Made by a program: the position numbers and the translations under genes. DNA of 64,000 nucleotides, from the IMG/VR virus record IMGVR_UViG_3300042894_004034, positions 1-64,000 of that record; one strand, written 5' to 3'. This document shows, piece after piece, positions 1 through 9,952 of this stretch. Source of the DNA: a virus. Taxonomy: Duplodnaviria; Heunggongvirae; Uroviricota; Caudoviricetes. Within the stretch, counting starts at the first letter, position 1. Every line of letters starts with the position of its first letter. The notes beneath the pieces are model-generated. The model saw only the letters and a list, made by a program, of their open reading frames with translations, was not told the DNA's origin and did not search any database.

Positions 1-109
1 ACAATCAACAACGAGAACTGGTCATGCCCGGAGGTCATCCCAACGAAATAGGGCATAAAATGATTGCAGAAAAGTTGATTTCTACCATAGATGATGTTAC
101 AATGTAAGA

Positions 110-1090
110 ATGCTCGACATTCTTGGATACTTACCCGCCAAACGAAAATCTAGTGCATCGGGGTGGATCAGTTTTAATGCTGTGTGTTGTGAACACAACG
201 GCGACACACCAGATCGCAGAAGCCGCGGCGGAATCAAAACATCTGAACAGGGCTGGAGTTATCACTGCTTCAACTGCAACTACACCGCTAGCTTTATCCT
301 TGGCCGTACTGTAAGTTTCAAGGCCCGCAGGCTCTTGAGCTGGATGGGTGTGCCCGAACGTGAAATAGAAATGTTGAATCTTGAAAGTCTGCGGCACCGG
401 AGCATACACGGCATTCTAGATGATAGACAACGCACCGTGGATATTCTAGCAGATATCAAGTTTGAAGAACGAGACCTGCCGCCATTCGCTGAACTGATTG
501 GTAGCACAGGACTGCATCGCGACTATGTGAGATCAAGATGTGTGCCAGATGATTATCCTGTGATGACACAAACAAATCCAGAAGCCTGGCCCGCCCGTGA
601 TCAAGTGATCATACCATTCACACATCACAACAGCATTGTGGGACACACTGTTAGATTTCTGGATGATCGTAATCCACGCTACATCAATGACATGCAGCCA
701 GGCTATGTGTTTGGCACAGACCTGTTGCGTCCTGACTGGACTCAGGTGATTGTGACTGAAGGTATCTTTGATGCACTTAGCATTGGCGGTGTTGCCTTGA
801 TGCACAACACCATAAGTGATGCTCAAGCTAGATTGATTCGCAATCTTGGTCGAGAAATCACAGTGGTACCCGATCAAGATCTAGCAGGTATGGAACTGGT
901 GGATCGTGCTGTGGAACTGGGCTGGGCTGTGAGCATGCCCGCATGGCCCCGGGAAGTCAAGGATGTGAATGATGCTGTCAAACTGTATGGGCGCCTGGGC
1001 ACATTGCTAACTATAATTGACGCTAGAGAAACATCCAAGATCAAAATTGAATTACGAAAGAAACAACTTGTTAAAAGACTACAGCACTGA
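110..1090 (+). CDS. DNA primase, T7 gp4-like N-terminal type (Cys4 zinc ribbon + TOPRIM)
   Basis: N-terminal CCEHNG...CFNC zinc-ribbon. TOPRIM-like acidic motifs (TEGIFDALS, VVPDQD). Confidence 0.75.
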   Translation: MLDILGYLPAKRKSSASGWISFNAVCCEHNGDTPDRRSRGGIKTSEQGWSYHCFNCNYTASFILGRTVSFKARRLLSWMGVPEREIEMLNLESLRHRSIHGILDDRQRTVDILADIKFEERDLPPFAELIGSTGLHRDYVRSRCVPDDYPVMTQTNPEAWPARDQVIIPFTHHNSIVGHTVRFLDDRNPRYINDMQPGYVFGTDLLRPDWTQVIVTEGIFDALSIGGVALMHNTISDAQARLIRNLGREITVVPDQDLAGMELVDRAVELGWAVSMPAWPREVKDVNDAVKLYGRLGTLLTIIDARETSKIKIELRKKQLVKRLQH

Positions 1091-2504
1091 TGTTCAGAAA
1101 CTATTCCTAGAAATGATGCTGGAGGACGCCGCCAGCTACGTTCGGGTGCAGAACATCTACAATCCAGAAAATTTTGATCGCAATCTAAGAACCGCTGCGG
1201 CGTTTATCAAGGAGCATTCAGAACAGTTCAAGACTCTGCCAGATCGAGCACAGATCGCTGCGGCCACAGGCATCAAGTTGAATGCAGTGCCAGACTTGAA
1301 CGAAGGTCACTATGACTGGTTCATGACTGAGTTTGAAGCATTTACACGACGCCAGGAACTAGAACGTGCCATTCTAAAAGCAGCAGACTTGCTGGAAAAA
1401 GGCGACTATGATCCTGTGGAAAAACTGATCAAGGATGCTGTGCAGATTTCCCTGACCAAGGACATGGGTACAGATTACTTTGCAGATCCAGCAGCCAGGA
1501 TCAACAAGTATTTCAATTCAGGTGGACAAGTTAGCACAGGTTGGCCGCAAATGGATCGACTGCTGTATGGTGGATTCAGTCGTGGTGAACTCAACATCTT
1601 TGCAGGTGGTTCGGGCTCGGGTAAATCCTTAGTCATGATGAACATTGCCCTGAACTGGTTGCAGCAGGGCATGAGTGGCGTGTATATCACACTGGAACTA
1701 TCAGAAGAACTCACAAGTTTGAGAACAGACGCCATGCTCACAAACATGAGCACCAAAGAAATACGCCGTGACATTGACTCAACAGAACTCAAGGTCAAGA
1801 TGGTGGCCAAGAAATCCGGACAGTATCGTGTGAAAGGCTTGCCGGCACAGAGCAATGTGAATGATATCCGTGCATATCTAAAAGAAGTACAGATACAAAC
1901 AGGCATCAAAGTGGACTTTGTGATGGTGGATTATCTTGACTTGGTCATGCCTGTGAGTGCTAAAGTTAGTCCCAATGACTTGTTTGTGAAAGACAAGTAT
2001 GTATCGGAAGAGCTGCGTAACCTGGCTAAGGAACTGGGCGTGTTGTTGGTAACAGCAAGTCAGTTGAACAGATCAGCAGTGGAAGAAATGGAATTTGATC
2101 ACAGCCACATTTCAGGTGGTATCAGTAAAATCAACACAGCAGACAATGTGTTTGGTATCTTTACCAGTCGCTCCATGAAAGAGCGTGGCAAGTATCAGAT
2201 ACAGTGTATGAAATCTCGAAGCTCGACCGGCGTTGGTCAAAAAATTGATTTGGAGTACAACATTGAAACCATGCGCATTACTGATGAAGGTGGGGACGAA
2301 AACGGTCATAACAAACCACAAAGTTCAATCATGGACTCAATTAAGGCCCGCAGTCAAGTCGCGCCTGCTGACAGCGGCAGTAGTTCGCAGCCCTGGGAAA
2401 AGCCCAGACCACGAGACGGTCATGATCCTTTGAGTGGTCGAGTCACAGCAGATGTACAAAGCAACAAACTCAAGCAGTTGCTGGGGCAAATCAAAGCTGC
2501 ATGA
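1017..2504 (+). CDS. DnaB/T7 gp4-family replicative helicase
   Basis: Walker A FAGGSGSGKS. DnaB-like H1a ITLELS. Walker B-like DFVMVDYLD. Overlaps the primase stop by 74 nt in another frame, so the true start is uncertain. Confidence 0.8.
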   Translation: MTLEKHPRSKLNYERNNLLKDYSTDVQKLFLEMMLEDAASYVRVQNIYNPENFDRNLRTAAAFIKEHSEQFKTLPDRAQIAAATGIKLNAVPDLNEGHYDWFMTEFEAFTRRQELERAILKAADLLEKGDYDPVEKLIKDAVQISLTKDMGTDYFADPAARINKYFNSGGQVSTGWPQMDRLLYGGFSRGELNIFAGGSGSGKSLVMMNIALNWLQQGMSGVYITLELSEELTSLRTDAMLTNMSTKEIRRDIDSTELKVKMVAKKSGQYRVKGLPAQSNVNDIRAYLKEVQIQTGIKVDFVMVDYLDLVMPVSAKVSPNDLFVKDKYVSEELRNLAKELGVLLVTASQLNRSAVEEMEFDHSHISGGISKINTADNVFGIFTSRSMKERGKYQIQCMKSRSSTGVGQKIDLEYNIETMRITDEGGDENGHNKPQSSIMDSIKARSQVAPADSGSSSQPWEKPRPRDGHDPLSGRVTADVQSNKLKQLLGQIKAA

Positions 2505-3307
2505 TATACCTAGATTTTTTTTCTGGAAGCCATGGACATTTTTTAGAATACGTGATAAACACCTGGCTACACAAGGGTCCAAGGGTACATAATATTTTTA
2601 CTGAGCACGGATCTTGCCATCAAATTCGCAATGACAAAAATTACATGGCGCACAGGATAGTAGAAGCTGCACATTATACTGAGTTTGATATATCACAAAA
2701 TACTCCAACCAAGGTAGTTAGAATCAACATTAGTCAGGACTGGGCCAACTGGATATATCAAATCAATGTCATGAGCCGAGCCGGCGATATACCTTTAGAA
2801 AAAAAAATAAAACTAACCCCAGAATCAGTGAGACATAGTCCTGTAAAACTTAGAAATGAGTGGTATGCTAAATTTAATTCAACTGTTGATGGATATTCTT
2901 TGCCAGATAATTGGCGCTGGCCCGACGCAGTAGTTTTTGAATTTAACATGGAAAGTTTGTTTGATCTAGTGGAATTTTATAATGAACTGTATCGCCTGGC
3001 CAATTTTTTAGAAATAACATTCGTACCCGACCGGGAGCTAAGTGATTTATTGGAAGAATTTTTAACTAGAAACCAAGGATGGCAATATTACAAAGAATGC
3101 AAACACTTGGCACATGCCGCAATTGCAGGAAACAATATTGAATTTTTTAGTAATGAAATATCTCAGGCATTAATCAATAGTTTGTTGTCAAAGTCCATTG
3201 GAATATTTGATGGAGAGTTGTTTGATAATAATAATTATCCTACATCCACCTGTCAGATATGGAACATTGTGGATCAACACTTAAAAACTTTTGATCAAAG
3301 ATTTTGA
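2501..3307 (+). CDS. hypothetical protein
   Basis: Long ORF, start overlaps the helicase stop (ATGA). No recognised motif. Confidence 0.4.
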   Translation: MIYLDFFSGSHGHFLEYVINTWLHKGPRVHNIFTEHGSCHQIRNDKNYMAHRIVEAAHYTEFDISQNTPTKVVRINISQDWANWIYQINVMSRAGDIPLEKKIKLTPESVRHSPVKLRNEWYAKFNSTVDGYSLPDNWRWPDAVVFEFNMESLFDLVEFYNELYRLANFLEITFVPDRELSDLLEEFLTRNQGWQYYKECKHLAHAAIAGNNIEFFSNEISQALINSLLSKSIGIFDGELFDNNNYPTSTCQIWNIVDQHLKTFDQRF

Positions 3308-4019
3308 TATGAAGAAAATCTTTTGTTTTGGTGACGGATTTGCAACCGGGCATATATGGCCAGAGTGGCCTCAGATTTTACAAACGCTGGTGCCCGAACA
3401 TCAAGTAATCAATACCGCAGGAATTGGAGCAGGTACTGAATTTTTAGTCTCAGGATTTGTTGATCTATTAGATCAGATGCATGATAGCATAGTAATCTTT
3501 CAGTGGCCGACCGCTGACAGATTTGATAAGATAATCGAAGATGACTCCTGGCAAGAGATTATTGCCAACGACCCAACGTATCATTTCAACGTCAATGTAG
3601 ATTTGCAAGGAAAAAACTGGTGGTTAAGTAGTGCTAGCAAAGTTCAGGAGGTCCAGCATTACCACAGCCTTTATGTACAACAAAGCCAACACAATCGTAG
3701 ACAACAAGTATATCATGCACTAGTATCGCAAACAGCTGAAAATTTAAATTGCCAAATAGTTCATACAAGCACAGACTCAGAAAATTTTTTTAGTAAAAAT
3801 AATCAATTTAGCACAACTAGGCAAGCAGAAGTGCAACCGTCGCCGATTGTACATTTTCATTGGTTAATAGAACAAATTATTCCTCAGATCAATGTTACTA
3901 TTGATCCAAATTTACAAAAAGAATTAGAGTCACTAATCAATCAAACACAGTGGATTCCATATGATCTGGATAGAGAATCAATCTGGGCAGAAATAAATAA
4001 TCGACTCAAGTCTAACTAA
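3291..4019 (+). CDS. hypothetical protein, possible degenerate SGNH/GDSL-like fold
   Basis: N-terminal IFCFGDGFATG resembles GDS(L) block I, but Ser is replaced by Gly. Confidence 0.35.
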   Translation: MIKDFDMKKIFCFGDGFATGHIWPEWPQILQTLVPEHQVINTAGIGAGTEFLVSGFVDLLDQMHDSIVIFQWPTADRFDKIIEDDSWQEIIANDPTYHFNVNVDLQGKNWWLSSASKVQEVQHYHSLYVQQSQHNRRQQVYHALVSQTAENLNCQIVHTSTDSENFFSKNNQFSTTRQAEVQPSPIVHFHWLIEQIIPQINVTIDPNLQKELESLINQTQWIPYDLDRESIWAEINNRLKSN

Positions 4020-4284
4020 CTCTAGTTGAAATCAAAAACCGATAAATAATGTCAAAGGTCTGCAATAAAAATCATGCAAAAACGCACCCGTAGTTTGTTA
4101 GAAGAATTAGATTCCATGTATATCGAGCGTGAACGCGATCTAGTGATTGAGAGTCGGGCATCAAATGTCATAGCCAGTGCTATCAACTTGCTGGAGCAGA
4201 TTGATGCTACATACACACCCGAGCAAGCAGAAAATCTCACACGCAAACTGCTGAATTCTATCCGTACCCGGGACGCAGGACGTT

Positions 4285-6288
4285 TTGCTAGAACCGTTAG
4301 AAAAACTCCAACAAGCACATAAACTCAACAGGATCAAGATGAAAATTTTCGAAGGCGGCAATGTATTCAAAGACCCCCAAGGCCAACCACTGACACAACG
4401 CATCAATCAAGCTGACGTTGCCGCTACCATTGCCTGGGTGGAACAAGTTACAGGTATTGAATTTCCTGAAGATCGTTGGTTGGGCAGCACTGGCCGCAAG
4501 GCCACATCTGGTGACCTGGATCTAGCTGTGGATCTTGGAGAAACAACCAAAGAACAGGTGGCAGCCGGGCTAACACAATGGGCCACCAGTCAAGGACTCG
4601 ACCCTCGTGAATGGGTTCGTAAATCAGGCGAAGTGCATCTTAGAACTCCCATCGGCGGAGATCCCGAAAAAGGATTTGTACAGACTGATTTTATGTTCTT
4701 TCCCAACCTGGATTGGGGCACATTCTATTATGGTGGATCTGAAGGATCAGCCTACAAGGGCATGAATCGCAATGTGCTGCTGAGCAGCTTGGCCAAACAA
4801 GCCGGACTCAAGGTGGGCGCAAATGGCATGATCAGCCGCACCACAAATGAACTGGTCCGAGGCGGTCAAGATCCAGACTATGTGTCTGCGGTATTGCTGG
4901 GCGGCACTCAGGACCGAGCTGCACTAAAGAATGTAGAATCAATTTATGCTGCTCTAGCAAAGGACCCCGACCGTGACGCCAAGCTCAAAGACTTTCGTGA
5001 ATATCTAGCCCGTGAAGGCCTTAAAGAACCCGAAATGCCTGTAAAAGAAAATGATGTTAACTTCTTGGCCAGACTACGGGACAGAATAGTAAATCAAGGC
5101 ATGCAGCAATTGATCGAAGCCAAGCCCTTGTATCAGATATACGAACAAGAGCCCACTGCGGTGGGCGGCCAAGCCAAGGGTATTGAGCATCTGGAAGACT
5201 ATGTGTTCCGTCAAGGAACCGCGGGTGTTGACCGTGCGCTGGCCATTGCTGATTCTTTTTACAAACAGCCCAAACAAGGGTCAGTCAAATGGGACGGAAA
5301 GCCTGCTGTGGTATTTGGTCGCAAGCCCGAAACCGGAGAATTTGTGCTCACAGATGATGCAGGATTCGGTGCAGTTGGATATGATGGCCTGTTTACCAGT
5401 ACCGATGCTGTGGCTGACCACATGGCACAGCGTGATGCCAATGCTGCTGCCAAAGGCAATCAGGCCACCCGAGTGCAGACACTGTTGCCAGTGTATCAGA
5501 GTATCTGGCCATATTTGGAAGCTGCTACTCCAGAAAACTTTCGTGGCTATGTCAAGGGCGACCTGTTGTACAGTCCCGAAAAGCCCTGGGAAATAAACGC
5601 AGGTCTGGTGGAATTCAAACCAAACACTGTGGAATACAGAATTCCAGTTGCCAGCAAACTGGGCAAGGACATTGCAGGATCTCAAGTTGGTGTTGCTGTG
5701 CATACCATGTACGAAGATGCAGGCGCTGCCAAGCAGCCACTCAGCAGAGTCAAGTTTAATCCTGTGCCCGGCCTGTTGTTGATCGAACCCATATATGCTA
5801 AGCCTGTGGAAACAGCAGATCCCATTGTCAAACAAATCAAGTCACTGTTGCGCCAAAACCGAGCAGTCATGAACACCTTGTTTAATCCTGCTGAACTACG
5901 TGCCATGAAAATAACTGACTTGGCCAAGCTGGCAATAGACTACATCAACAAACGTGTGGATCCAAACCATGCAGCATACACTGGCAATTTTAGTGATCTT
6001 GTGCCGGGATTTCTAGCCTGGCTGCAACAGACTCAAACACCGCAAAAGTACAACAACATTCTGCAATATCTGCGCAGCCCTACCAGCAATGAACAAGCCT
6101 TGGCTGCTGCCTTTGTGTTGTTTGAATTGCTGCATGATCTGAAACTGGACCTGTTGACCAAGCTGGATGCACAAGTGCCCGGCAACGAAGGATGGGTGTT
6201 TGCAACCCCTGCAGGCTATGGTAAAGCAGTAAATCGCTTTGATTTCACAGCCAGAAACAAAGCTCGAAACAACCCACCAAGCCCTTAA
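4285..6288 (+). CDS. large protein with N-terminal Pol-beta-type nucleotidyltransferase motif
   Basis: LGSTGRKATSGDLDLAVDL fits hG[GS]x9-13Dh[DE]h of Pol-beta superfamily NTases (OAS/cGAS/minimal NTase type). Confidence 0.5.
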   Translation: MLEPLEKLQQAHKLNRIKMKIFEGGNVFKDPQGQPLTQRINQADVAATIAWVEQVTGIEFPEDRWLGSTGRKATSGDLDLAVDLGETTKEQVAAGLTQWATSQGLDPREWVRKSGEVHLRTPIGGDPEKGFVQTDFMFFPNLDWGTFYYGGSEGSAYKGMNRNVLLSSLAKQAGLKVGANGMISRTTNELVRGGQDPDYVSAVLLGGTQDRAALKNVESIYAALAKDPDRDAKLKDFREYLAREGLKEPEMPVKENDVNFLARLRDRIVNQGMQQLIEAKPLYQIYEQEPTAVGGQAKGIEHLEDYVFRQGTAGVDRALAIADSFYKQPKQGSVKWDGKPAVVFGRKPETGEFVLTDDAGFGAVGYDGLFTSTDAVADHMAQRDANAAAKGNQATRVQTLLPVYQSIWPYLEAATPENFRGYVKGDLLYSPEKPWEINAGLVEFKPNTVEYRIPVASKLGKDIAGSQVGVAVHTMYEDAGAAKQPLSRVKFNPVPGLLLIEPIYAKPVETADPIVKQIKSLLRQNRAVMNTLFNPAELRAMKITDLAKLAIDYINKRVDPNHAAYTGNFSDLVPGFLAWLQQTQTPQKYNNILQYLRSPTSNEQALAAAFVLFELLHDLKLDLLTKLDAQVPGNEGWVFATPAGYGKAVNRFDFTARNKARNNPPSP

Positions 6289-6350
6289 TTTTTATCAAGA
6301 TCGATAAATAAAAGTAGGGCAAGTAGCCCACTTACTTAAGGAGACTTTAA

Positions 6351-6782
6351 ATGTCAGGATTTACAAAAACAAACGGCACGAATCAACCAGTATTCAACAT
6401 GGATACAGCCAATGGCAACATTGGCGGAACAGCTAACATTGCTGCAACTGGTTCAGTTAACTTCCAAGGTCCCAAGCTGGATTTCTTCAGCTTGGTTGCC
6501 AATGGTGCGTTGACTACATCAGCAAACGTGAATGGCTATATCAACAATGTGTTGCAAGCTATTCAGACCAAGGGCACTGTGGCCATGTATCAAGTTAGTC
6601 CAGCAGCACCAACAGTGTTGAACTTGGCTATCTATCCAACAGGCGCATACACTGCTGCCACATTGTTGACCACTGCTAATACCAGTGCCACAGTGGCATC
6701 TGGTGGTCAGAACTTGGAATTGAGTTCAGCAGCCGGCAATGCAGTGTTCACTACTGCTGCTACCAACTTTGCTCCTGTCTAA
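6351..6782 (+). CDS. hypothetical Thr/Asn/Ala-rich protein, likely abundant (structural?)
   Basis: Strong SD (TAAGGAG) 8 nt upstream. Clean terminator directly downstream. Confidence 0.55.
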   Translation: MSGFTKTNGTNQPVFNMDTANGNIGGTANIAATGSVNFQGPKLDFFSLVANGALTTSANVNGYINNVLQAIQTKGTVAMYQVSPAAPTVLNLAIYPTGAYTAATLLTTANTSATVASGGQNLELSSAAGNAVFTTAATNFAPV

Positions 6783-6807
6783 TACTAGATAGTAGTAAAA
6801 AATCAAG

Positions 6808-6836
6808 GCCCTGGTTTATTTCCGGGGCTTTTTTTT
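6808..6836 (+). terminator. rho-independent terminator
   Basis: GCCCTGG/CCGGGGC stem (one G.U) with 7-nt loop, followed by T8. Confidence 0.55.
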
Positions 6837-6851
6837 GGCCGTAAATACTCC

Positions 6852-7262
6852 ATGGCATATAGTATTTGTGTATTGACTGATTTTGATTGTAGACCCACTG
6901 GTGTTACAGGACATTTTCGAACAAGCGTCTTGCCGTTTGTGGACCGAGCAGATCAATCAATAACCAATTTTGAATCCTGGAACAGCAGTAGAAATCAACA
7001 ACGCAACTGGGAAACTATATTGCAATTGATAGGACTGTACACACAGCCGCAGCACATATCTAACATACGAATGCAAAACGGTCGTTGGGAATTTGAGTTT
7101 GAAACAGAGTTTGATGATGTGTTCAGACTCGATGAAGATCCAGTGGGCTTGCTCAAACAGGCATGCCGCGGCGTTCCAATCATCAACTATGTTCAGCAAC
7201 AACTGACCACACTACTACAACCAGACGTGAACATTTGGTTCTATCCAAAAGGCCATAAATAA
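6852..7262 (+). CDS. hypothetical protein
   Basis: ORF in gene-dense + strand run. Confidence 0.4.
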   Translation: MAYSICVLTDFDCRPTGVTGHFRTSVLPFVDRADQSITNFESWNSSRNQQRNWETILQLIGLYTQPQHISNIRMQNGRWEFEFETEFDDVFRLDEDPVGLLKQACRGVPIINYVQQQLTTLLQPDVNIWFYPKGHK

Positions 7263-7265
7263 TTC

Positions 7266-7526
7266 ATGGACACAACAGAAATCGAAAAGAAGAGCCTGGA
7301 AGCGCATGTAGAGCTCTGCGCCGAACGTTATCGCCATCTAGAACTGCAACTAGATTCTGCCAATTCTGCTATCAGTCGACTAAAAGACATGACAGAAGAA
7401 GTTCATGCCATGATGCATAAAATTGTGGACAATCGAAACAATCAATTGATAAACTGGGGACTTGGATCTATTGGGTTCTTGTTGGCCACTGTTGGTTGGT
7501 TGTTATCACACTACGTATTCAAATGA
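7266..7526 (+). CDS. hypothetical coiled-coil protein with C-terminal TM helix
   Basis: Hydrophobic C-terminus WGLGSIGFLLATVGWLLSHYVF. Confidence 0.4.
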   Translation: MDTTEIEKKSLEAHVELCAERYRHLELQLDSANSAISRLKDMTEEVHAMMHKIVDNRNNQLINWGLGSIGFLLATVGWLLSHYVFK

Positions 7527-8014
7527 AAGCCAGCCGCAAATTGGCCGCCCTGGCCGAAAGAGAACTGCCTCATCTGCTGGAAAACGTCATTGTAGAAGAC
7601 GGGGAAAAATATCGTGCTTTTGGCAAATACACAATACAGCCCAGAGATCCGGGATTTGACGTTTCCATAAGAGACGATGCTGTGGGCAAATTTAGCACTA
7701 CTAAATCTGCACTTGCCTGGTGCATAGCCGACAGATTAAACTATTTTAATCTTGCTAGACAAATACAAGAGCTAGATCAATCACTCACACGATTGCGCAA
7801 TGATATTTACATCCGTAAGAACATTGCAGATCGTATGTCGGGAACTGCCTGGGAAACTGTAATAACCAAAGTATCCTACCGACAAGACCAAAGTCAACTG
7901 CTGGAACAAGAGTTGACAAAATGTATAAATTTGGCTAAATACTGGCAACTACGAGGAAACTCAAATGAAACTAAACGAACTGGCCGTAACACGCCCCACA
8001 CAACAAATCGCTAA
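7496..8014 (+). CDS. hypothetical protein
   Basis: ORF, no motif. Confidence 0.4.
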   Translation: MVVITLRIQMKASRKLAALAERELPHLLENVIVEDGEKYRAFGKYTIQPRDPGFDVSIRDDAVGKFSTTKSALAWCIADRLNYFNLARQIQELDQSLTRLRNDIYIRKNIADRMSGTAWETVITKVSYRQDQSQLLEQELTKCINLAKYWQLRGNSNETKRTGRNTPHTTNR

Positions 8015-8849
8015 GGTATTCGAGAGTCATTTTGATCAACAAGTTCAATTTGACTCAATGAATCGCGGTCAACTGCACAACATGTATCGCAAGGTACGTG
8101 GGGTATTATCTGAACACAGAAGCGGCCCTGCACGTCACACCAGTGAGCGTGACCCTGCTTACCTGAAATTGATGATGATGGAACAGGCACTTGCAGAAAA
8201 AATCTACGAAGATGAAATGGCCGCTGCCAACACTGCTGCCCCTGCACCGGGAGTAAATCCCCAACAGGCTGCTGCCATGGCTGCCAAGCAAAAGATGGAC
8301 CAGAAGACACAGATACAAAAAGAACTTGAAGATCTGAAAAAACAAGTGACCGACAAGCAGAACGAACTTACCAATCTCAGCAGCACTACCTCAGTGCAAG
8401 AACGTCGTCGTGCTCAAACTTATGGATACTATCTTAGCGAAAGCGAAGTTCAGCAAGCCCAAGTAGTTCTGGCTGCACAAGACATGGTTGACAAAATGCA
8501 AGGCATGATTGAAGACACCACTGAGATGCAGTTCAAAGAATTGCCAGCCTTGGTTGATTCAATTAAAAATCAAATTGGTGCAGATCAAGCAGCTCAGTTC
8601 AACAATGATGCACAAGCAGCATTGACCGGACTGGTTCAGAATCTGCAAGGCAGCAAACAACAGCTGGAACAAGCTCTTGGTGTGGTAACTGGTCAAGGCC
8701 CTGTTGAAATGCCCGGAGCTGAAATGGCTCCACCTCCACCAGCCGGCGAAGAACAAATTGACGTGAGCATGACTGCACCCTCTCCTGAAGAAGAACTAGA
8801 TGCAGCAGCCGTTGGCCCTGCAGCATCTCTAGGACGAGAGCGCAGATAA
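7965..8849 (+). CDS. Gln/Ala-rich coiled-coil protein (scaffold-like), C-terminal LGRERR
   Basis: Long heptad-like Q/E/K-rich stretches. Acidic Pro-rich tail. Ends ...ASLGRERR. Confidence 0.5.
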   Translation: MKLNELAVTRPTQQIAKVFESHFDQQVQFDSMNRGQLHNMYRKVRGVLSEHRSGPARHTSERDPAYLKLMMMEQALAEKIYEDEMAAANTAAPAPGVNPQQAAAMAAKQKMDQKTQIQKELEDLKKQVTDKQNELTNLSSTTSVQERRRAQTYGYYLSESEVQQAQVVLAAQDMVDKMQGMIEDTTEMQFKELPALVDSIKNQIGADQAAQFNNDAQAALTGLVQNLQGSKQQLEQALGVVTGQGPVEMPGAEMAPPPPAGEEQIDVSMTAPSPEEELDAAAVGPAASLGRERR

Positions 8850-9199
8850 TGCGAATTGATGAAGTAGCTGTAGACGACACCGCAGACAAATTACTGGCCC
8901 TGGCCCAATTTGCTGTGGGCCGTGCCACAGATACTTCTGCAAAACTACAAATGCCTGTTCAGGCATTTATCAATCGTGCTAAAAATATTGGGATTGATAT
9001 CACTCCTGATACTTTGCAAAGCCTAGTTGGCCAACCGCCCTTGAGTGGCATAATAGAACCCATGTCGCCAGATGCTACTGAATTGATATTCAAAGGCGGC
9101 GAACAACCTGGACCCACTGCTATGCCGGTAAATCAAGCACAAAATATTGTGGCACAGGCTGCAAAATCGGCCATGAACAAAGACCGTAATCTCGGTTGA
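8849..9199 (+). CDS. hypothetical protein
   Basis: ATG overlaps upstream stop (TAATG). Confidence 0.45.
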   Translation: MRIDEVAVDDTADKLLALAQFAVGRATDTSAKLQMPVQAFINRAKNIGIDITPDTLQSLVGQPPLSGIIEPMSPDATELIFKGGEQPGPTAMPVNQAQNIVAQAAKSAMNKDRNLG

Positions 9200-9209
9200 T
9201 TCAAACTGG

Positions 9210-9238
9210 TTGACTAGTCAGCCTGTTGGTAGTATACT
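9210..9238 (+). promoter_or_regulatory. sigma70-like promoter (TTGACT-17-TATACT) upstream of iscU
   Basis: Hexamers with 17-nt spacer, 18 nt before SD/ATG at 9256. Confidence 0.4.
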
Positions 9239-9255
9239 CAACAAAAGGAACCTGT

Positions 9256-9648
9256 ATGGCTTATTCAAATCAAGTAATCGATCACTACGAAAATCCACGC
9301 AATGTGGGCAGCTTTGAAAAAGGCGATGTAGACGTTGGCACAGGCATGGTAGGAGCACCTGCCTGCGGTGACGTAATGAAGTTACAAATAAAGGTTGACA
9401 ATGATACAGGTATTATTACAGATGCAAAATTTAAAACGTATGGCTGCGGATCGGCTATTGCGAGTTCGAGCCTCATTACCGAATGGGTCAAAGGAATGCA
9501 CATCGACAAAGCAGGAACAATCAAAAACTCCGACATTGCCGAAGAACTAGCATTACCTCCGGTCAAGATCCACTGTAGCATCCTGGCTGAAGATGCCATC
9601 AAGGCCGCAGTAGCAGATTACAAAAGCAAGCATGATCTCCTTAACTGA
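9256..9648 (+). CDS. iscU: Fe-S cluster assembly scaffold IscU
   Basis: GAPACGDVMKLQIKV, FKTYGCGSAIASSS, LPPVKIHCSILAEDAIKAA: the three conserved Cys motifs of IscU. SD AAAGGAA before ATG 9256. The table ORF starts at 9226. Confidence 0.85.
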   Translation: MAYSNQVIDHYENPRNVGSFEKGDVDVGTGMVGAPACGDVMKLQIKVDNDTGIITDAKFKTYGCGSAIASSSLITEWVKGMHIDKAGTIKNSDIAEELALPPVKIHCSILAEDAIKAAVADYKSKHDLLN

Positions 9649-9952
9649 TGATGCTGCTAGAAAAATAACTCAAACCATTCAACGTCGCGGCCATGGTATT
9701 GGTATTCGTGTTGGTGTAAGAACCACAGGTTGCTCAGGACTTGCTTATGTGTTGGAATATGTAGATACAGCACAACCTGAAGATATCTGCATTGACTGTG
9801 CCAACTGCAAATTGTTTGTTGATCCCAAAAGTTGTGCCTATCTTCAAGGACTTGAAGTAGACTACACAAGACAAGGTCTCAATGAAGGATTTGAATTTTC
9901 AAATCCCAACGAACGCGACCGCTGTGGTTGTGGAGAAAGTTTTAGAGTTTAA
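9632..9952 (+). CDS. iscA: A-type Fe-S carrier IscA/HesB
   Basis: C-terminal CGCGESF motif plus upstream Cys (TTGCSG). Confidence 0.8.
   Translation: MISLTDDAARKITQTIQRRGHGIGIRVGVRTTGCSGLAYVLEYVDTAQPEDICIDCANCKLFVDPKSCAYLQGLEVDYTRQGLNEGFEFSNPNERDRCGCGESFRV

Noticed and set aside
5281-5835. Antisense ORFs inside long + strand genes (for example 5281..5835, 1475..1909, 11483..11779, 15580..16053, 17125..17448).
   Set aside because: They are fully embedded in well-supported + strand CDSs with recognisable motifs, typical shadow ORFs.
4285-6288. KWDG tetrapeptide suggesting a ligase-type KxDG nucleotidyltransferase motif.
   Set aside because: It lacks surrounding ligase motifs III-V, and a bona fide ligase with KLDGVR exists at 22902..24269. 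Only the Pol-beta-type GS...DLD motif is retained as a hypothesis.
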